A stretch of 20,550 nt of DNA from Cyanobacteriota bacterium. Its GTDB lineage: Bacteria > Cyanobacteriota > Cyanobacteriia > Cyanobacteriales > Nostocaceae. Every line of letters begins with the position of its first letter. The stretch's first letter is position 1. The position numbers were made by a program, and so were the translations under genes. Positions 17,272 to 20,550 of this stretch are shown here, in pieces. The stretch is taken from positions 1-20,550 of the forward strand of contig JBJOKS010000050.1 in the NCBI GenBank assembly GCA_046045965.1, given 5' to 3'. A model generated the notes under the pieces. The model saw nothing but the letters and a program-made list of their open reading frames with translations. It was not told the DNA's origin and did no database searches.

Positions 17272-17497
17272 TAGTTTAAACAGGTTAAATTACTGAGTCT
17301 TATGAAGACTACCGTAGCATTTTTAACCTAAAATTGGTGTAATAAATATAATTGTAAAAAAAATTAACAACAATTTTACATAGGGTTGCAGTTGTATACA
17401 TGACAAACTAACCTATACCTCACCCTCTCTAATACAGAGAATAAAATGAGATTAAGTTAGACTTTTATACCAGTATTAAAATAACTTCATCATTGAG

Positions 17498-18139
17498 CTA
17501 ACGGTTAATCCAAATACCTCTCAAACCAGCCTTTCTAGCACCATGATAGTCATCTGTAATGCTGTCGCCAATGTGCCATGCTTCCTCTGGTGAACAGTCA
17601 TGACTTTGCAAAGCAAGGTTAAAAATTTGCGGATCTGGTTTAGCTGTACGGACTTGGGTAGAAATGGTAATGGATTTAAAATAGTCTCTAAGTCCTAAGC
17701 TTTGTAATACGGAGTATAAACGGGAATCAAAATTAGATAATACACCCAATTCAACTCCCAAACGTCGCCAGTTTACCAAAGCTAGAGGTACATCTGGATA
17801 GACAAACCAAGGTTCAGCAGTACCAAAGTGAATATAGAGTTCGCTAAAAAAAGCGGAAAAATCGGCAAATTCTTGGAGTACACCTGCACCTTCAAAGGTG
17901 TTAAGGGCGATGATGCGCCACCAGTCAAATTCTCGTTGGGGGATATCTTTAATATCTGGATCAAGAAATATCGCTGGTGGTGCAGCTTTAAAGCTTTTGA
18001 AAAATTCTTTATTCAAAATTTCGGGCGCAACTGTAACGCCAAATTCTTGGGCTATTTGACTATAAACTGTTCCTACACTTCCTTTAACACCAAAGAGTGT
18101 ACCTACTGCATCTAAAAAAATAACTTTCGGTTTTTTCAT
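17498..18139 (-). CDS. HAD-superfamily hydrolase (subfamily IA, REG-2-like)
   Basis: FLDAVGTLF, LSNFD, KPDPQIF, HIGDSITDDYHGA. Confidence 0.92.
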   Translation of the reverse strand: MKKPKVIFLDAVGTLFGVKGSVGTVYSQIAQEFGVTVAPEILNKEFFKSFKAAPPAIFLDPDIKDIPQREFDWWRIIALNTFEGAGVLQEFADFSAFFSELYIHFGTAEPWFVYPDVPLALVNWRRLGVELGVLSNFDSRLYSVLQSLGLRDYFKSITISTQVRTAKPDPQIFNLALQSHDCSPEEAWHIGDSITDDYHGARKAGLRGIWINR

Positions 18140-18147
18140 AAGAAGTT

Positions 18148-18231
18148 CAGGTGACAGGTGACAGGTGACAGGTGACAGGTGACAGTTAACAGTTTTTACC
18201 TATTACCAATTACCCATTACCGATTACCTAT
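18148..18231 (+). repeat. Two STRR heptamer arrays, (CAGGTGA)x5 and (TACCnAT)x5
   Basis: Seen directly at 18148-18182 and 18197-18231; they fill almost all of the ndbB-HAD intergenic space. Confidence 0.9.
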
Positions 18232-18232
18232 T

Positions 18233-19426
18233 TTACTTAGAAAGGGTTTTGATGATCGGACTAACCAACCAGCTAAACCCGACTTTTAGCTGATGTTCTA
18301 AAGTTGGTAAACGATATAAATAAGCTAACCTCCGAGCGGTGTATGCTAAAGAACCATCTAGTTTAACACCTAAACCTGTGAGGGTAGCATTATCTATTCC
18401 TAAGGCCATCATTTCCCCTAACTGTTGATAGTGGAAGGGAAGTAAGGGACGATTTGTTAAAGATGCCCAGATATTCCATGCGGTATAATCGGCTTGTTGA
18501 AATGCTACTTGGGCGGTAGCGGGTACTTGTTTTCCCTCAGCATCTTTAGTGTCTGCTAAGTCTCCTAAAGCGAAAATTTCGGGATGTTCGAGAACTTGTA
18601 GTGTTGTTGTAGTGGTGATTTGTCCGCGCTGGTTTTGCTTGAGGGGTAGATTTTTCACTACTGGGGAAACTCTTGTACCAACTGTCCAAATTACCAAGTC
18701 TACAGGAATTTCATCTACTTGATTTTTATACTCTAGAGAGATGGTATTTTCTCCTATTGATAATACTTTGGTTTCTAAATCTATAAACACGCCTCTTTGT
18801 TCTAAAGCTTTTTTGGCGGCTTCGCGGTTAAATTCTGGAGAAGTTCGTAAAATTTGATCACTGATTTCAATGAGGCGAAATCTGCCTTTTTCTCCGATTC
18901 TATCTGCGAGTTTACAGGCTAATTCTACACCACTATAACCTGCACCAACTATGGCAACGCGAATTTTTTCAGGATTTGCTGCTTCTAAAATTCTCAGGCG
19001 TTCTTCTAGGTGATAAGCATCAGTGATGGTACGGAATGGGTAGGCGTGGTTTACAGCACCGGGAACTAAATCTAAGGGTGTTTCGCCACCTAATGCTAAT
19101 ACTAATCGGTCGTAGGCAATTTTTTGGCCATCTTGTAATTGTACCTGTTGCTTGTCGGTGTTGATTTCGGAAACTGTGGCTTGATGAAAACGTACTCCTG
19201 TCCCTTGTAGCAGTTCTTGGTATGGTGGGGCTATTTCCCAAGTTTGTAGTTCACCGGTGAGAATTTCGTAAAGGAAGGGAGAGAAAAGAAAGCGATCGCT
19301 GTGATCTACTAAGATTATCTCAGGTTTTGGTGTAGTTTCCCACGGTAACTGGCTTAAGCGTAAGGCGGTGTATAGTCCACCAAAGCCACCACCTAGTATA
19401 CAAATTTTTGTAGTTGTTTGTGTCAT
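18233..19426 (-). CDS. ndbB: Type II NAD(P)H dehydrogenase, NdbB/NDC1 (demethylphylloquinone reductase) type
   Basis: ICILGGGFGGLYTALRLSQLPW, VGAGYSGVELACKLAD, ALGDLA, PATAQVAFQQAD. Confidence 0.85.
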   Translation of the reverse strand: MTQTTTKICILGGGFGGLYTALRLSQLPWETTPKPEIILVDHSDRFLFSPFLYEILTGELQTWEIAPPYQELLQGTGVRFHQATVSEINTDKQQVQLQDGQKIAYDRLVLALGGETPLDLVPGAVNHAYPFRTITDAYHLEERLRILEAANPEKIRVAIVGAGYSGVELACKLADRIGEKGRFRLIEISDQILRTSPEFNREAAKKALEQRGVFIDLETKVLSIGENTISLEYKNQVDEIPVDLVIWTVGTRVSPVVKNLPLKQNQRGQITTTTTLQVLEHPEIFALGDLADTKDAEGKQVPATAQVAFQQADYTAWNIWASLTNRPLLPFHYQQLGEMMALGIDNATLTGLGVKLDGSLAYTARRLAYLYRLPTLEHQLKVGFSWLVSPIIKTLSK

Positions 19427-19467
19427 GGTTTTTATCGGAGGCTAAATTCCAGCGGGTTGATTTATTC

Positions 19468-20040
19468 TTAGTGTAATGATTTATTGCGTTCTCTTGCCAT
19501 TAACCAACAATCCTGATATTTGCCTTCGTGTAGGTCATGACAGGGTAACAGCTTAATTTTCACAAACCCACATTTTTCATAGCAGCGAATAGCGCGAAAA
19601 TTTCTGACATTGGGATCAATAACGATTTTAACAGCTGGCAATTGGCTAAATATATATTCTATAGCTAAAGAAAGCAATTTTGTACCTATTCCTTGATTCC
19701 AATATTCGGTTTCACCTATAAATAAGTCAATACCATAGACCTGATTGGTATCTTCTAAAGAATACATTTCTCTGATATGTTCTGGTAATTTATTCAGTTC
19801 ATAATATTGTAAATAACCAATATCTATATTTTGATAAGAGAAGATGCAGGGAATGAGTGGTTCTATTCCTAAAATTCTGGGTTTATAGGCTCTGATCACT
19901 CTTTCTAAGTCATAGGCATTATCTCTACCACCATAATATTGTAATACTTTTTCGTCTGATCGCCATTTTTCCATTAATAAATAATCGTGTTTTGTATTTT
20001 CCATAGGACGAATTTTAATTTCGTCTTTGATAATTAGCAT
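19468..20040 (-). CDS. GNAT N-acetyltransferase resembling aminoglycoside 6'-N-acetyltransferase AAC(6')-Ie
   Basis: VLQYYGGRD, VYGIDLFIGETEYWNQGIGT, IDPNVRNFRAIRCYEKCGF, LPCHDLHEGKYQDCWLM. Confidence 0.8.
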   Translation of the reverse strand: MLIIKDEIKIRPMENTKHDYLLMEKWRSDEKVLQYYGGRDNAYDLERVIRAYKPRILGIEPLIPCIFSYQNIDIGYLQYYELNKLPEHIREMYSLEDTNQVYGIDLFIGETEYWNQGIGTKLLSLAIEYIFSQLPAVKIVIDPNVRNFRAIRCYEKCGFVKIKLLPCHDLHEGKYQDCWLMARERNKSLH

Positions 20041-20083
20041 AGTTGGTATTTATATAATTCCTCTGGTTTTTTGTTTATTTCAA

Positions 20084-20107
20084 TGGCGGGCAAGATGCCC
20101 ACACCAC
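20084..20107. repeat. Small GC-rich dispersed hairpin repeat
   Basis: TGGCGGGCAAGATGCCCACACCAC, with a GGGCA/TGCCC stem in an AT-rich intergenic region. Confidence 0.4.
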
Positions 20108-20162
20108 TAGCATTATTATAATTGATAATTGGATACAAATTACAGCATTTTAAATTCTCAGC

Positions 20163-20192
20163 AAAAAGCGGTTTATCTCAAGTATAAACCGC
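20163..20192 (-). terminator. Intrinsic terminator of chaB
   Basis: Minus strand: GCGGTTTAT-loop-ATAAACCGC followed by TTTTT, about 40 bp after the stop codon. Confidence 0.8.
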
Positions 20193-20233
20193 CGAAAAAT
20201 CAATATTTGACCTAATATTTATTTCTCAGAAAA

Positions 20234-20479
20234 TTAATTACCACCAGACATAACAGCTTTATGATGTATAGCTGGATCATCTGGTTTTCTGTGCCAGTTT
20301 CCTTCGCTGTCTGGTTCAAATTCATTGTGAACACTATTCCAAGCTACTTGTAAAGCATCATCTTCATTCATTCCATCACTTGTAGCAGCATTGAAAGCAG
20401 CAACAAAAATCTGTTGTGCGTGTTGTGGTAGTCGTGCTTGGATATCTTGTGGTAATTCTTCTATTTTACTATAAGGCAT
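20234..20479 (-). CDS. chaB: ChaB-family protein
   Basis: MPYSKIEELP...LPQHAQQIFVAAFNAA...AWNSV...Y/F...G.W pattern. Start at 20479 preferred. Confidence 0.88.
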   Translation of the reverse strand: MPYSKIEELPQDIQARLPQHAQQIFVAAFNAATSDGMNEDDALQVAWNSVHNEFEPDSEGNWHRKPDDPAIHHKAVMSGGN

Positions 20480-20550
20480 AAACCTAACTCCCATGATTTA
20501 AGTTGAGTTAATGTTAAAAATCTTGTCATTCAATATCATCTTTCTATAAG

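Larger units (their letters stand above)
365..19299. repeat. HIP1 octamer GCGATCGC, 13 dispersed copies
   Basis: Counted by eye at 365, 1233, 3632, 7000, 7935, 8069, 8685, 9793, 12639, 12693, 13440, 14405 and 19292. Confidence 0.9.

Noticed and set aside
17391..17408. Possible NtcA site GTTGTATACATGACAAAC upstream of the NACHT gene
   Set aside because: Does not fit GTA-N8-TAC spacing; the weak palindrome is insufficient evidence.
14988..19241. Short ORFs 14988-15218, 17782-17964, 17828-18115 and 19020-19241
   Set aside because: Nested in or antisense to the NACHT, HAD and ndbB genes.

Overview
AT-rich chromosomal window from a filamentous cyanobacterium, probably Nostocales. This is inferred from 13 HIP1 GCGATCGC sites, heptamer STRR repeats, small dispersed palindromes and the gene content. 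The left part (1-9313) is a metal-handling neighbourhood: a helix-hairpin-helix lipoprotein missed by the ORF track (runs off the left edge), a Tat-exported two-domain multicopper oxidase with a clear sigma70 promoter and Fur-like boxes, a 5'-truncated His-rich membrane protein and a NikMN/CbiM-Q-O ECF transporter. Two accessory pieces interrupt it. One is a decayed Zorya-like anti-phage locus in which a broken zorA is fused in frame to the C-terminal EH-signature part of zorC, with no zorB. The other is a pair of FkbM methyltransferases. The right part is mostly housekeeping or common cyanobacterial genes: lipoprotein, DUF1361, baeRF-family protein, rimM, avtA, NACHT-pentapeptide protein, HAD hydrolase, ndbB, an AAC(6')-Ie-like GNAT and chaB. 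MITE-like elements are interspersed, one inserted exactly at a start codon. No rRNA, tRNA, CRISPR array or intact transposase was seen. All family calls come from motif recognition, not database searches.
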